From an uncultured Acidimicrobiales bacterium (GTDB lineage Bacteria; Actinomycetota; Acidimicrobiia; Acidimicrobiales; SHLQ01): a DNA stretch of 64,000 nt. Shown piece by piece: positions 1-8,270 of the stretch. Every line of letters starts with the position of its first letter. Within the stretch, counting starts at the first letter, position 1. The position numbers and the translations under genes were made by a program. Under the pieces are notes generated by a model. The model searched no databases. It saw only the letters and a program-made list of their open reading frames with translations, and was not told the origin of the DNA. Location: NCBI GenBank assembly GCA_937969345.1, contig CALBVK010000246.1:463-64462 (forward strand). Reading direction: 5' to 3'.

Positions 1-258
1 GGTCGACAGCAAGATGAGGCCTGCACAGGTGCCGAACACGGCCATACCTTCGTCTATGCGTACCGCGAGCGGGTCGAACAGCTCCGACGACTCGAGCAGC
101 ATCGACATCGTCGTGGACTCCCCGCCCGGCATAACGAGAGCGTCTACCTCGTCGAGATGAGGTGGCCGCCGGACTTCGATGACATCGACGCCAAGTTCAA
201 CAAGTTTGTCTGCGTGGGCCCGAAAGGCACCTTGCAGGGCGAGTACGCCGATCTTCAC
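1..258 (-). CDS. pdxT: Pyridoxal 5'-phosphate synthase glutaminase subunit PdxT, N-terminal part (gene runs off the window start)
   Basis: Absent from the ORF track because it is open at the window edge. Minus-strand translation from GTG at 256-258 gives [55 protein letters not shown]...[14 protein letters not shown], with the amidotransferase GTCAG nucleophile context. The start overlaps the pdxS stop as GTGA. Confidence 0.8.
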   Translation of the reverse strand, partial: MKIGVLALQGAFRAHADKLVELGVDVIEVRRPPHLDEVDALVMPGGESTTMSMLLESSELFDPLAVRIDEGMAVFGTCAGLILLST

Positions 259-1154
259 CAGCCGCGATCTTCGAACTTCACGTCGAGCTCGTCCATACCA
301 ATGCCGGTCATTGGAGCGCCGAGGCCCCGGGACACCTTGGCGAGGATGGCTGGGTCGTTGTAGTTGGTCGTCGCTTCGACGATGGCACGTGCGCGAGGCG
401 CTGGATCGGCACTCTTGAAGATACCCGAGCCAACAAAGACGGCGTCAGCACCGAGCTGCATCGCAAGCGCCGCGTCCGCTGGAGTAGCAAGACCGCCAGC
501 GCAAAAGAGAGGGACAGGAAGCTTGCCGGTCTCGGCGATCTCCTGCACCAACGGCAGTGGAGCACGGAGCTGCTTGGCCCATTCGAAGAGCTCGGCGGAG
601 TCTGCCTGGGTGAGCTTGCGAATGTCGCCGTTGATCGTGCGCAGATGGCGCACAGCCTGAACAACATCGCCGGTACCGGCTTCACCCTTGGAGCGAATCA
701 TGCATGCGCCCTCGGAGATACGACGAAGCGCCTCGCCAAGGTTGGTCGCTCCACAGACGAAGGGAACCTTGAAGGCCCACTTGTCGATGTGGTGGGTCTC
801 GTCAGCCGGGGTCAGAACCTCGGACTCATCGACGTAGTCGACTCCCAAGCTCTCAAGGATTTGGGCCTCCACAAAGTGACCAATGCGAGCCTTGGCCATC
901 ACCGGAATGGTGCAGATCTCTTGGATGCCCTCGATCATCTCGGGGTCGCTCATTCGAGCAACTCCGCCGTCGACACGAATGTCTGCTGGCACTCGCTCGA
1001 GGGCCATAACGGCAACCGCGCCGGCGTCCTCTGCGATCTTGGCCTGTTCGGGGTTGACGACGTCCATGATGACGCCGCCCTTCAGCATCTCGGCGAGACC
1101 TCGCTTGACGAGAGGTGTTCCGGTGGACTGTGACTGCTCGTTCATACCGCACAC
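255..1154 (-). CDS. pdxS: Pyridoxal 5'-phosphate synthase lyase subunit PdxS
   Basis: 299-aa ORF with blocks typical of PdxS/SNZ: [86 protein letters not shown]. An alternative ATG at 1145 (MNEQ...) is possible. Confidence 0.95.
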   Translation of the reverse strand: MCGMNEQSQSTGTPLVKRGLAEMLKGGVIMDVVNPEQAKIAEDAGAVAVMALERVPADIRVDGGVARMSDPEMIEGIQEICTIPVMAKARIGHFVEAQILESLGVDYVDESEVLTPADETHHIDKWAFKVPFVCGATNLGEALRRISEGACMIRSKGEAGTGDVVQAVRHLRTINGDIRKLTQADSAELFEWAKQLRAPLPLVQEIAETGKLPVPLFCAGGLATPADAALAMQLGADAVFVGSGIFKSADPAPRARAIVEATTNYNDPAILAKVSRGLGAPMTGIGMDELDVKFEDRGW

Positions 1155-1247
1155 CCTAGCGAGGGTTTGCGCGAAGAAACGAAGACAACGACGAGATATA
1201 CGGACGAAAAAGGACTGAATTTGTAGCGGGTGAACGCTGTGCTCGAA

Positions 1248-2366
1248 CTAGCTCCGCTCGCGGAGCGCATCGGCTTCGACGAGGCTAATCTCCGCAGCTG
1301 TGCCGGCCGGGGTAAGGCTCACCCAGGTCTGGCCTGGTGCGAGCCCAATGATGTCGCCCTCAGGTGTCGTCAACGTAAACGGATCACGAGGGAAATCACG
1401 GGTCCATTCGCCCTCGATACGGAAGCCACCCGAGTAGACAACAACCGGTCCGCCGCCCAACGTGATGGCATCGACCGAAGCACGGTCGATCTGGCTCGGC
1501 AGGTAGGTCGTTGTCAGAACAACGACGTTGGCCGGAGTGATATGGACTCCGTCGCGAGTCACGTGGGGGTCATCACCCTGGAAGCGTAGATAGCCACCGT
1601 CCTGGGATGACCAGACATACACGGCGTCGGTTCGAGCCGAGATTCGCACGCCCGCTGAACCAGCGCCGAGGTCGATGACGTTGTCGGAGTAGTCAAAGAT
1701 CGGGGCTGGTGGTTCGCCGCCATCTGCTCGCTCGACCAATGCAGCTGCGTCGGCAACGAGATTGTTCGGTGCCCGGAAATCGCCAATACGCTTGAATTCC
1801 GAGTGTCCAAAGTCGGCGCTGGAACGGATCAACAGTCCTTCATTCTCGGCGGCACGAAGCTGTCCGCTCACCCCATCGTTGGCTCCCGAATAGGCAAAGA
1901 CCGGACGGTTCAGGTTCGAGACAATATCGACGTCGGAGGTACGGCCCGAACGCACGGAACCAACTTCGGTTGGCAGTTCCGAATGGAACACCGACGCAAA
2001 GCGGGTCGCCTGCTGCTCGATGCGTTCCTCGTAAATGATGTCGGCCTTGTCGAGTCCCATGAGCGCTGCACGAGCAGCAGCATCATTGTTCGAGACCTTA
2101 ATCACGACCGCTGCATGATTTGGCGAGTCATCGTCGCCAATCGGCTCACCGGTGAGCGGAAAGACGGGACCAAGGTCAGGGGCTTCGGTCGTCGTCGTTG
2201 TGCTCTCGGTGGTTGTTGGAGCGGTCGTTGGCGCTTCGGTGGTTGTGGTCTCGACGGCCGTGGTGGTCGACGACTCTGCGGTCTCGGCGTCGTCACCCCC
2301 GCCGCATGCAGCGGCAACCATGCCGAGCAGCGAAAGAACGGCGAGCAGACGGATCAACTTGTGCAT
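1248..2366 (-). CDS. Secreted lipoprotein, DUF3048-like
   Basis: Signal peptide with lipobox MHKLIRLLAVLSLLGMVAAAC, then a Thr/Glu-rich linker. The body (PLTGEP...AVVIKVSNNDAAARAALMGLDKADIIYEERIEQQATRFASVFHS...SVRSGR) resembles the DUF3048/YerB family as I remember it. Its ATG overlaps the upstream gene's TAA by 1 nt (TAATG). Confidence 0.7.
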   Translation of the reverse strand: MHKLIRLLAVLSLLGMVAAACGGGDDAETAESSTTTAVETTTTEAPTTAPTTTESTTTTTEAPDLGPVFPLTGEPIGDDDSPNHAAVVIKVSNNDAAARAALMGLDKADIIYEERIEQQATRFASVFHSELPTEVGSVRSGRTSDVDIVSNLNRPVFAYSGANDGVSGQLRAAENEGLLIRSSADFGHSEFKRIGDFRAPNNLVADAAALVERADGGEPPAPIFDYSDNVIDLGAGSAGVRISARTDAVYVWSSQDGGYLRFQGDDPHVTRDGVHITPANVVVLTTTYLPSQIDRASVDAITLGGGPVVVYSGGFRIEGEWTRDFPRDPFTLTTPEGDIIGLAPGQTWVSLTPAGTAAEISLVEADALRERS

Positions 2367-3112
2367 TACAACTCCCAGAGGACTTCGATTCGGTGGTCGA
2401 GGGGAACTCGCTGCGCTGCAGGAGGGATCAGCAAGGCTGCTCCCAATGAGTCCGCACCCGGAATATCTGTCGACCGCCCGTCGATTCGCTCTAATGCAGA
2501 GCGGAGCCCCGGTGGGTACCGGGTTAGCCCAACACCAGAAATATCAAACGAAATCACGCCCGCGTCGCCGGTTCCCCAGCGGCGGGCCAAATCGCGTTGT
2601 GCTCCAGTGATGAACGGATGTGCAGATGCCGCGAGGGTCTCGAAGGTGACCGCTCCCGTCGACATCTTGGTGAGACCGTGGGCGACGACGCCCTCCATCT
2701 CCATAACGTTGAGCTCGCTGAGTAGGCCGGTCGTCGCGATGAGCGCATCGTTGCGGCCCGATACCGAGATGAGGTTGCACGCCGGGGTATCGATTACGAG
2801 CAGCTCTGGCTGATCGATTCCCGAGGTGAGACACAGGTTTTCGACGGTGTTGCGAATGCGCTGTCCCTCGGTCTGACCGAGCGGGCGTGCGTCGAGCGAA
2901 CGGATGATTGCGTCGTCGGAGCGGTACCAGAAGTACCACACGGTCGCAGCGGCAGCCGGCAGCGAAAGCAGGGCAAGGGGCCACCACGCGAACCCGAGAA
3001 GTAGAAAGATTAGAAAGACCGCGAGAGCGGGGATTGCAAAGATCGCAAGAATCCTGGTGGGCATGCTCACCTTCAGCGTTGGGGCGTCATCATGATAGGG
3101 CGGTAATCGCAC
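2366..3112 (-). CDS. Membrane protein with an HtpX/M48-like fold but a degenerate metal motif
   Basis: Two N-terminal TM helices. The block GIDQPELLVIDTPACNLISVSGRNDALIATTGLLSELNVMEMEGVVAHGLTKM parallels the HtpX region ending in AHELSHI, but reads AHGLTKM (Glu and second His missing). Alternative start ATG at 3064. Confidence 0.5.
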   Translation of the reverse strand: MRLPPYHDDAPTLKVSMPTRILAIFAIPALAVFLIFLLLGFAWWPLALLSLPAAAATVWYFWYRSDDAIIRSLDARPLGQTEGQRIRNTVENLCLTSGIDQPELLVIDTPACNLISVSGRNDALIATTGLLSELNVMEMEGVVAHGLTKMSTGAVTFETLAASAHPFITGAQRDLARRWGTGDAGVISFDISGVGLTRYPPGLRSALERIDGRSTDIPGADSLGAALLIPPAAQRVPLDHRIEVLWEL

Positions 3113-3124
3113 CTTGCGGGACCA

Positions 3125-4213
3125 CTACCGAATCGAATGCTCCATGGTGATGGCTCGACGGTACGCATCGAGGTAGAGGTCGGCGAGGCGACGCATCGAG
3201 AACTCGGCCACCCGTTGCGAACCGCTGGCGATGAGCATCTGACAACGAGCCGTGTCCGTGAGGATCTCGTGCAGGGTGGTCGCGAGACGAGCAACGTCGC
3301 CGGGGGGAACAAGCGCTCCATCTGCACCTGCTCTCGTGACCTTTGCGTACCCGGGAATATCGCTGGCAACAACAGCGGTCTCGGCCGCCATTGCTTCGAG
3401 GAGGACGATCCCAAAGGACTCACCGTGGAGCGATGGTGCGCAGAACACGTCGGCTCCACGCATCCGCGCAATCTTCTCGACCTCATCGATCTCGCCGAGC
3501 CACTCGATGCGAGGATCGTCGCCGTGGAGACGTCGGAGCTCATCGGTTTCAGGCCCGACACCGCCTACCCACAGACGACTTGTATTGGGTAGACGGTCGA
3601 ACGCCTCGAGCAGGACCGCAAGCCCTTTGCGCTCTTCGTGTCGAGCAATAAAGAAGATGGTCGGACCTTTGGTCGGTGTGGGCGTTCCGTCGCGAAAGCG
3701 CTTGACCTCGACCGCGTTGAACGCCCGCTCGTAGGTTCCGCCCAGCGCATCGATAGCCAGGGCCTCAGCATCGTCGGAGACCGCGAAGCGGATCGCAAGC
3801 CGATTCGCCCCACGCGAGGTGAGCGGCTTAAAGACGTCGTACGCCACGCTATGGCCGGCTCGGTGGAACGTGCCGATCATCGGCGCTGGCTTCACCAAGA
3901 TCGCCGTCATGGTCGGCCCAGGTGCCATTGGCTCGTGCAGGTGCAAGATGTCGAACTCTTCGTCGCGAAGCGCCCGGATCGTGCGGAGCTGCGCTGCTGG
4001 GTCGGGAGCGAGGGGAACGATCGATCCGTTGGCGCCGGTCGGTACACAGTTGCCAAGTGGTGTCACGAAGGGCTCGGGTGGCGGCCCATCGCACGGTCCG
4101 AGTACTCGTACCGACTCGCCTCGGGCCCGAATGGCGCGGGCCAGTCCGAGGATCTGGCCCTGCACGCCGCCAGGAACCGTCAGGCTGTACGGGCTGATCA
4201 TGCCGATTCTCAT
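3125..4213 (-). CDS. pimA: GT4 glycosyltransferase, PimA-like phosphatidylinositol alpha-mannosyltransferase
   Basis: MRIGMISPYSLTVPGGVQGQILGLARAIRARGESVRVLGP plus the C-terminal GT-B motif FCAPSLHGESFGIVLLEAMAA. It sits downstream of pgsA and the acyltransferase as in M. tuberculosis Rv2612c-Rv2610c. ATGA overlap with the upstream gene. Confidence 0.85.
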   Translation of the reverse strand: MRIGMISPYSLTVPGGVQGQILGLARAIRARGESVRVLGPCDGPPPEPFVTPLGNCVPTGANGSIVPLAPDPAAQLRTIRALRDEEFDILHLHEPMAPGPTMTAILVKPAPMIGTFHRAGHSVAYDVFKPLTSRGANRLAIRFAVSDDAEALAIDALGGTYERAFNAVEVKRFRDGTPTPTKGPTIFFIARHEERKGLAVLLEAFDRLPNTSRLWVGGVGPETDELRRLHGDDPRIEWLGEIDEVEKIARMRGADVFCAPSLHGESFGIVLLEAMAAETAVVASDIPGYAKVTRAGADGALVPPGDVARLATTLHEILTDTARCQMLIASGSQRVAEFSMRRLADLYLDAYRRAITMEHSIR

Positions 4214-5184
4214 TGAAGCGAACGCAACTTCTCAGGGATTGGACGTCCGAGCGCTCGAAAGTCGCTCGGCCAGCCCGGTTGCAGGACATGCCACTGTTCG
4301 GGCGCCTTGCGAACAAAGCGTTCGAGTTCGTTGGCCAGGTCTTGGGTCACTCGCTGCACGTCATCGCGAAACCGGCCCTCGCGTTCGAGAGAAACCGATG
4401 GTCGCACCTCGGCGAAGTGGCGCTCCCCGTCGAAGTACACGGCGACGGGAAGGATGGGCACGCCGGTTCGAAGTCCGACCATGGCTGGTCCAGCTGGAAG
4501 CAGCGTTCGTTCGCCAAAGAAGTCAACGGGAACGCCGACAGCATCAGCAACGACGCGATCGGAGAGCAAACACACCACCGAGTTCTTGGAGAGCGCATCG
4601 AGAATGGCAGGGCCGGCGTCGGGCCCAACGGGGACCACATCCATACCCAGAGACTCCCGAAACGACTTGAACCACTCAAACAACTCCGGCGGCTCAAGCG
4701 GCTCGACAACCGCCGTAACCCGGAACCCATGGATCTTCGTCAGCCAGAACGCCGCCCATTCCCAGCCGCCGAGATGCGGCAGCACGAGCACACAGCCCTT
4801 GCCTGCATCGAGTGCTTCGGTGATGTGTTGAAAGCCGTTGTAGTGAAACCCATCATCGATGGTCTGCGCGTCGAGAGACGGCAGCCGGAAGCTGTCGAGG
4901 TAGTAGCGGCCATAGGCGCTGAAGGTTCGAGCGACGACCTGGCGTCGTTCCGTGGCCTTGAGCGGACGGCCCGTTGCTCGTTCGATGTTTCGTTCGACGA
5001 TGACCCGACGGTCACCGGCGAACAACGAGGCGAGCGTTCCACCCACCGTGACCGCGAAGTGGCTCACCGGGCGGGGCACGTAGCGCGCCGCGACGGCGGC
5101 CAGCTTGTGCGTTGTTGTGCTGTCGAGACGGAAAGACATGGGGCCGGCCAAAGCCGAAGTCAGCGCCGATCGGTCTTGCGCCAA
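4210..5184 (-). CDS. Lauroyl/myristoyl (HtrB/LpxL-family) acyltransferase, PatA-like PIM acyltransferase
   Basis: 324-aa ORF between pgsA and pimA, the position of Rv2611c. It has a family-like core (GCVLVLPHLGGWEWAAFWL ... VCLLSDR). Alternative start ATG at 5139 would remove the 25-nt overlap with pgsA. Confidence 0.75.
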   Translation of the reverse strand: MAQDRSALTSALAGPMSFRLDSTTTHKLAAVAARYVPRPVSHFAVTVGGTLASLFAGDRRVIVERNIERATGRPLKATERRQVVARTFSAYGRYYLDSFRLPSLDAQTIDDGFHYNGFQHITEALDAGKGCVLVLPHLGGWEWAAFWLTKIHGFRVTAVVEPLEPPELFEWFKSFRESLGMDVVPVGPDAGPAILDALSKNSVVCLLSDRVVADAVGVPVDFFGERTLLPAGPAMVGLRTGVPILPVAVYFDGERHFAEVRPSVSLEREGRFRDDVQRVTQDLANELERFVRKAPEQWHVLQPGWPSDFRALGRPIPEKLRSLQ

Positions 5185-5861
5185 CGGGCCGATGCAGGCT
5201 CGCGAGACGTTCGACGTGCCTCACGGGCCCGACGGCGGTTGACGGGCCCAGGTGGAGGCGTAGGACGGCCGACACTCGCCTGCTTCCAGACCTTGAAGAA
5301 CCGCTGGATTGCCGTGATCGCGGTAAGGGCCAACATCACCCACAGAACGCCGAGTAGCAGCGTCTCGTTGAACGCCCCGAGAAAGAGACCGAAGCCGAGA
5401 GCAATAAAGCGTTCGGCACGCTCCATGAGGCCACCTTTGGCGTCGAATCCGAGGGATTCTGCCTTGGCCCGCTGATAGCTGATCATGATTGCCAGGCCCA
5501 TGATGGCGACGGGAAGCATGTGGATCTGCCCATCACGGGTCACCGACAAGTGCCAAGCCACGCCGCAGAACAACATGATGTCGGTCAACCGGTCCGAAAC
5601 CGAATCGAAGTATGCGCCGCGCATCGATGATGTCCCGGAGGCCTTGGCGATCGCCCCATCGAGCAAATCGGGCAAACCGGTCAGAACCATTAGCACGAGC
5701 CCTGCCGCGAGATTGCCCGAACCAATGACGACCGCGGCCACCGCTGACATGGCAATACCGACGAGCGTCATCACATCGGCGGTGATTCCCATATTGACCA
5801 GGGCGGCGCCAACCGGCTGCACTCCCCTGTCGACCTGTTCTCTCATATTTCCATCGAACAT
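5160..5861 (-). CDS. pgsA: CDP-alcohol phosphatidyltransferase (phosphatidylinositol phosphate synthase, PgsA1-like)
   Basis: CDP-alcohol transferase motif DLLDGAIAKASGTSSMRGAYFDSVSDRLTD (D-x2-DG-x2-AR...G-x3-D-x3-D type), multiple TM helices, and synteny with Rv2612c. Confidence 0.85.
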   Translation of the reverse strand: MFDGNMREQVDRGVQPVGAALVNMGITADVMTLVGIAMSAVAAVVIGSGNLAAGLVLMVLTGLPDLLDGAIAKASGTSSMRGAYFDSVSDRLTDIMLFCGVAWHLSVTRDGQIHMLPVAIMGLAIMISYQRAKAESLGFDAKGGLMERAERFIALGFGLFLGAFNETLLLGVLWVMLALTAITAIQRFFKVWKQASVGRPTPPPGPVNRRRAREARRTSREPASARWRKTDRR

Positions 5862-5974
5862 GGGAAACCTCCCTGCCTACGTTCGAGTAAAGGCTAGCCG
5901 TCATTGCAGCGAGCGACATATGTGCAGCGGACTCCTCGCCCCGACCACCCATCGGCGCCGGGTAGCATGACGGT

Positions 5975-6469
5975 ATGGGAGATCGATACGACAGCCTTCA
6001 GCCCGCCAGCCTCATTGCGTCCATGACGTCGATGCCACGCCGGTGGAAGGACGGAATGCGGGTCAATCCGCCCAAGAACATCGATGACTACTTCACCGTC
6101 GATGGCGAGCAGGGTTCGCCAGCCGAACACGTCGGCGCAGCTATTGCGCAGTTGTCGACGCTCAGCGACGCTATTCGCACCACGAGCTACAACGTCCCAG
6201 AACCGCTAGCGAGCACTGTCGTTGCCGCGGCCTCAAACAGCGGCTCGGGTCCGTGGCCAGATTCTGCTTCTGCGGGCCTAGCCGAGCTGACACGCCTGTT
6301 CGAAACGCTGACAGGCCAGCTTCAACAGCTCAACCCGCGGGACTGGAACAAGTCCGCTGATGCTGGTTCGACGATGCTGACCGTTTTGGCGCTCGCTCAA
6401 GGCGCGAGTCGGGTCGCCGCCGATCGGCTGGCGATCGTCGAGCGCACGGTTCGTACGCTGGCCGACTAG
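5975..6469 (+). CDS. Hypothetical protein
   Basis: 164-aa ORF filling the gap between flanking genes, with GC-rich third positions. No motif recognised. Confidence 0.45.
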   Translation: MGDRYDSLQPASLIASMTSMPRRWKDGMRVNPPKNIDDYFTVDGEQGSPAEHVGAAIAQLSTLSDAIRTTSYNVPEPLASTVVAAASNSGSGPWPDSASAGLAELTRLFETLTGQLQQLNPRDWNKSADAGSTMLTVLALAQGASRVAADRLAIVERTVRTLAD

Positions 6470-6473
6470 TCGG

Positions 6474-7004
6474 CTACTCGGCAGGTTCGAGTGCAGCCCA
6501 GTCTTCCGGGTTGTCCTCGACGAGGATCGTGATGACCTCGCCGTCGACACCGTCGACCATGGCAAACCCGCGGCTCTTCGGCGGCGACTCATTCGAGTAC
6601 AGGAGAATGCGCCACGTCGGACGGCTGCGAAGTCCGCGCCATGCCATCTGCGCAGACGCGTGTCCGACCGGAAAGCCCACGGCCTTGGTGGCTTCGACAA
6701 GCGCGTCTTGTTCGTCGACGGCAAGGTTCCATCCGCCCTGGATGTGGTAAAGCCCAACCACGATGAGTCCGACTGCGGCGAGGGCAAGCCCGCCGTTCAT
6801 CAATGGCGAAGTATCGGCGCGTCCAAGAAACCAAAGCACGAGGAGCGCCCCACCAATCAACAGGTACAAGACACCGGGAATTCGGCGCTTGCTGTTGTTC
6901 GGGAAGAGGTACGGCCCAACGAAGTCCGCAGCGTTCAGGTCGTCTGGGAGTTCATCGACGTATTCGTCGTCATCAACCATTGGATCGACATCTTCGGTAG
7001 CCAC
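6474..7004 (-). CDS. Hypothetical membrane protein (acidic N-terminus, two TM helices)
   Basis: 176-aa ORF with hydrophobic segments IPGVLYLLIGGALLVLWFL and GGLALAAVGLIVVGLY. No family recognised. Confidence 0.5.
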   Translation of the reverse strand: MATEDVDPMVDDDEYVDELPDDLNAADFVGPYLFPNNSKRRIPGVLYLLIGGALLVLWFLGRADTSPLMNGGLALAAVGLIVVGLYHIQGGWNLAVDEQDALVEATKAVGFPVGHASAQMAWRGLRSRPTWRILLYSNESPPKSRGFAMVDGVDGEVITILVEDNPEDWAALEPAE

Positions 7005-7081
7005 AACGAGATGATACGCCCGAGGAGCGCGAGCGACACAGCCGTGCGATGAGGGTCACCCCACCATGGGCGTCACACCAA

Positions 7082-7627
7082 CTATTGGGCGATCAGACCT
7101 TCGACATCGGCGCTCAACGAGCCGTAACCACTCGTGCGCCACGTACCGTCGTCGTTGATGAACACGTACGTGCTCTGGCGGGTAACCCCAAAACGGTCCC
7201 AGATGTCATCAGCATTGTCGAGGTGTCGGAATCCCTCTACACCGGTCTCCTCGATGAACTCTTGCATCGCTGCGGAGTCGGCGAGTCCCGGCACGCCAAT
7301 AAACGTGACCTCGTCGCCAAACTGTTCCTGGACCCCTACGACCGTAGGAGCTTCACGGCGTCAAAACGGTCACCAGGGCGCCCAGAACCAGAGCACGACA
7401 TCTTCACCTTGCAGCGTGGCCAGATCGACCGTTGTCCCGTCGAGCGTTGCAAACTCTCCCGAGAGCGTTTCCTCGGCAGGTACAGCGGCTGTGTCATCCG
7501 CGGCAGCGGTATCGCTCGCGGTCGTCGTTCCGCCGCAGGCGGATGCGACGAAGCCCATGACGAGTGCGACTGCCAACAAGCGTCGAAACAGCGGCCCCGA
7601 ACCGGTTGAGCGTTTCGTCGACTGCAT
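7082..7627 (-). CDS. TlpA/ResA-family thioredoxin-fold thiol:disulfide oxidoreductase lipoprotein with TGA codons at both positions of the CxxC motif (candidate U-x-x-U selenoprotein; alternatively a pseudogene)
   Basis: Track ORFs 7370..7777 and 7082..7294 are in the same frame. They are separated only by TGA at 7370-7372 and TGA at 7361-7363. Read through, the frame gives ...DVVLWFWAPW-TGA-PF-TGA-RREAPTVVGVQEQFGDEVTFIGVPGLADSAAMQEFIEETGV...STYVFINDDGTW.... The likely start is ATG 7627 (MQSTKRSTGSGPLFRRLLAVALVMGFVASAC, a lipoprotein-type signal), which avoids overlap with the HIT gene. Confidence 0.6.
7332..7351 (-). promoter_or_regulatory. SECIS-like hairpin downstream of the two in-frame TGA codons
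   Basis: The mRNA sense is GCUCCUAC-GGUC-GUAGGGGU: an 8-bp stem (two G-U pairs) with a GGUC apical loop. The loop starts 17 nt after the second UGA and 26 nt after the first. As I recall, the E. coli fdhF SECIS presents a GGUC apical loop about 18 nt after its UGA. Confidence 0.45.
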
Positions 7628-7700
7628 AGGACCACAATACGGCGCGCTGAATCGATCGAATGGCACTCCCGCCAATTCTAACGAGTCACTTACCGTCTGT

Positions 7701-8270
7701 TCATTTCGTTGGCCAGGCCGCCCGAAGCCGCTTCCACGAATCACCGAGACTCTCGGGGAGCACCCGGGCCTCAGCAATGCTCGTCATGAAGTTCGTGTCG
7801 CCGCTCCAGCGGGGCAGGACGTGCACATGTATGTGATCCGGCACGCCGGCCCCGGACGCTCGTCCCAGGTTCATACCCATGTTCACCCCATCGGGTTGGT
7901 ACTCGACTTTGACCGCTTCGATCCCCATACGCACACCAGCGAACAGCTCGATGTAGGTGTCCTCGTCCAAGTCTTCGACGTTGACGGCCGCCTTCTTGGG
8001 CAGCACCATCAGATGTCCTGATGTGTACGGGTAGGCGTTGAGCAACGCAAAGCAATGCTCGCCACGCCACAACACATAGGTCACCGAGTCGTCGAGGCCC
8101 GACTGCTCGATCCCCTCGAACAGCGTCAATCCCTCGACATGTCCCTTCGACCGCTCATCGTCGTCGGCCAGAATGTAGGGAATTCGCCAACCCGACCACA
8201 GACGCGGCATCTGGTCACCGCCGGCGAGCGTGTTGTCGAGCGGTGAGTCGCCGACGTTAGGACTTGGCAT
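7701..8270 (-). CDS. HIT-family nucleotide hydrolase/phosphorylase (Rv2613c-like)
   Basis: Histidine-triad motif GAGVPDHIHVHVLPRW. It lies immediately downstream of thrS, as in mycobacteria. Confidence 0.85.
   Translation of the reverse strand: MPSPNVGDSPLDNTLAGGDQMPRLWSGWRIPYILADDDERSKGHVEGLTLFEGIEQSGLDDSVTYVLWRGEHCFALLNAYPYTSGHLMVLPKKAAVNVEDLDEDTYIELFAGVRMGIEAVKVEYQPDGVNMGMNLGRASGAGVPDHIHVHVLPRWSGDTNFMTSIAEARVLPESLGDSWKRLRAAWPTK

Noticed and set aside
7361-7372. Genome-wide reassignment of TGA (to Trp, Gly or Cys, for example) as the explanation for the two in-frame TGAs.
   Set aside because: TGA ends several well-defined genes at their expected lengths in this window: pdxS, nrdJ (with an ATGA overlap to tdk), and the reductase-HAD gene (with an ATGA overlap). 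Local recoding (Sec) or a pseudogene are therefore the remaining options.
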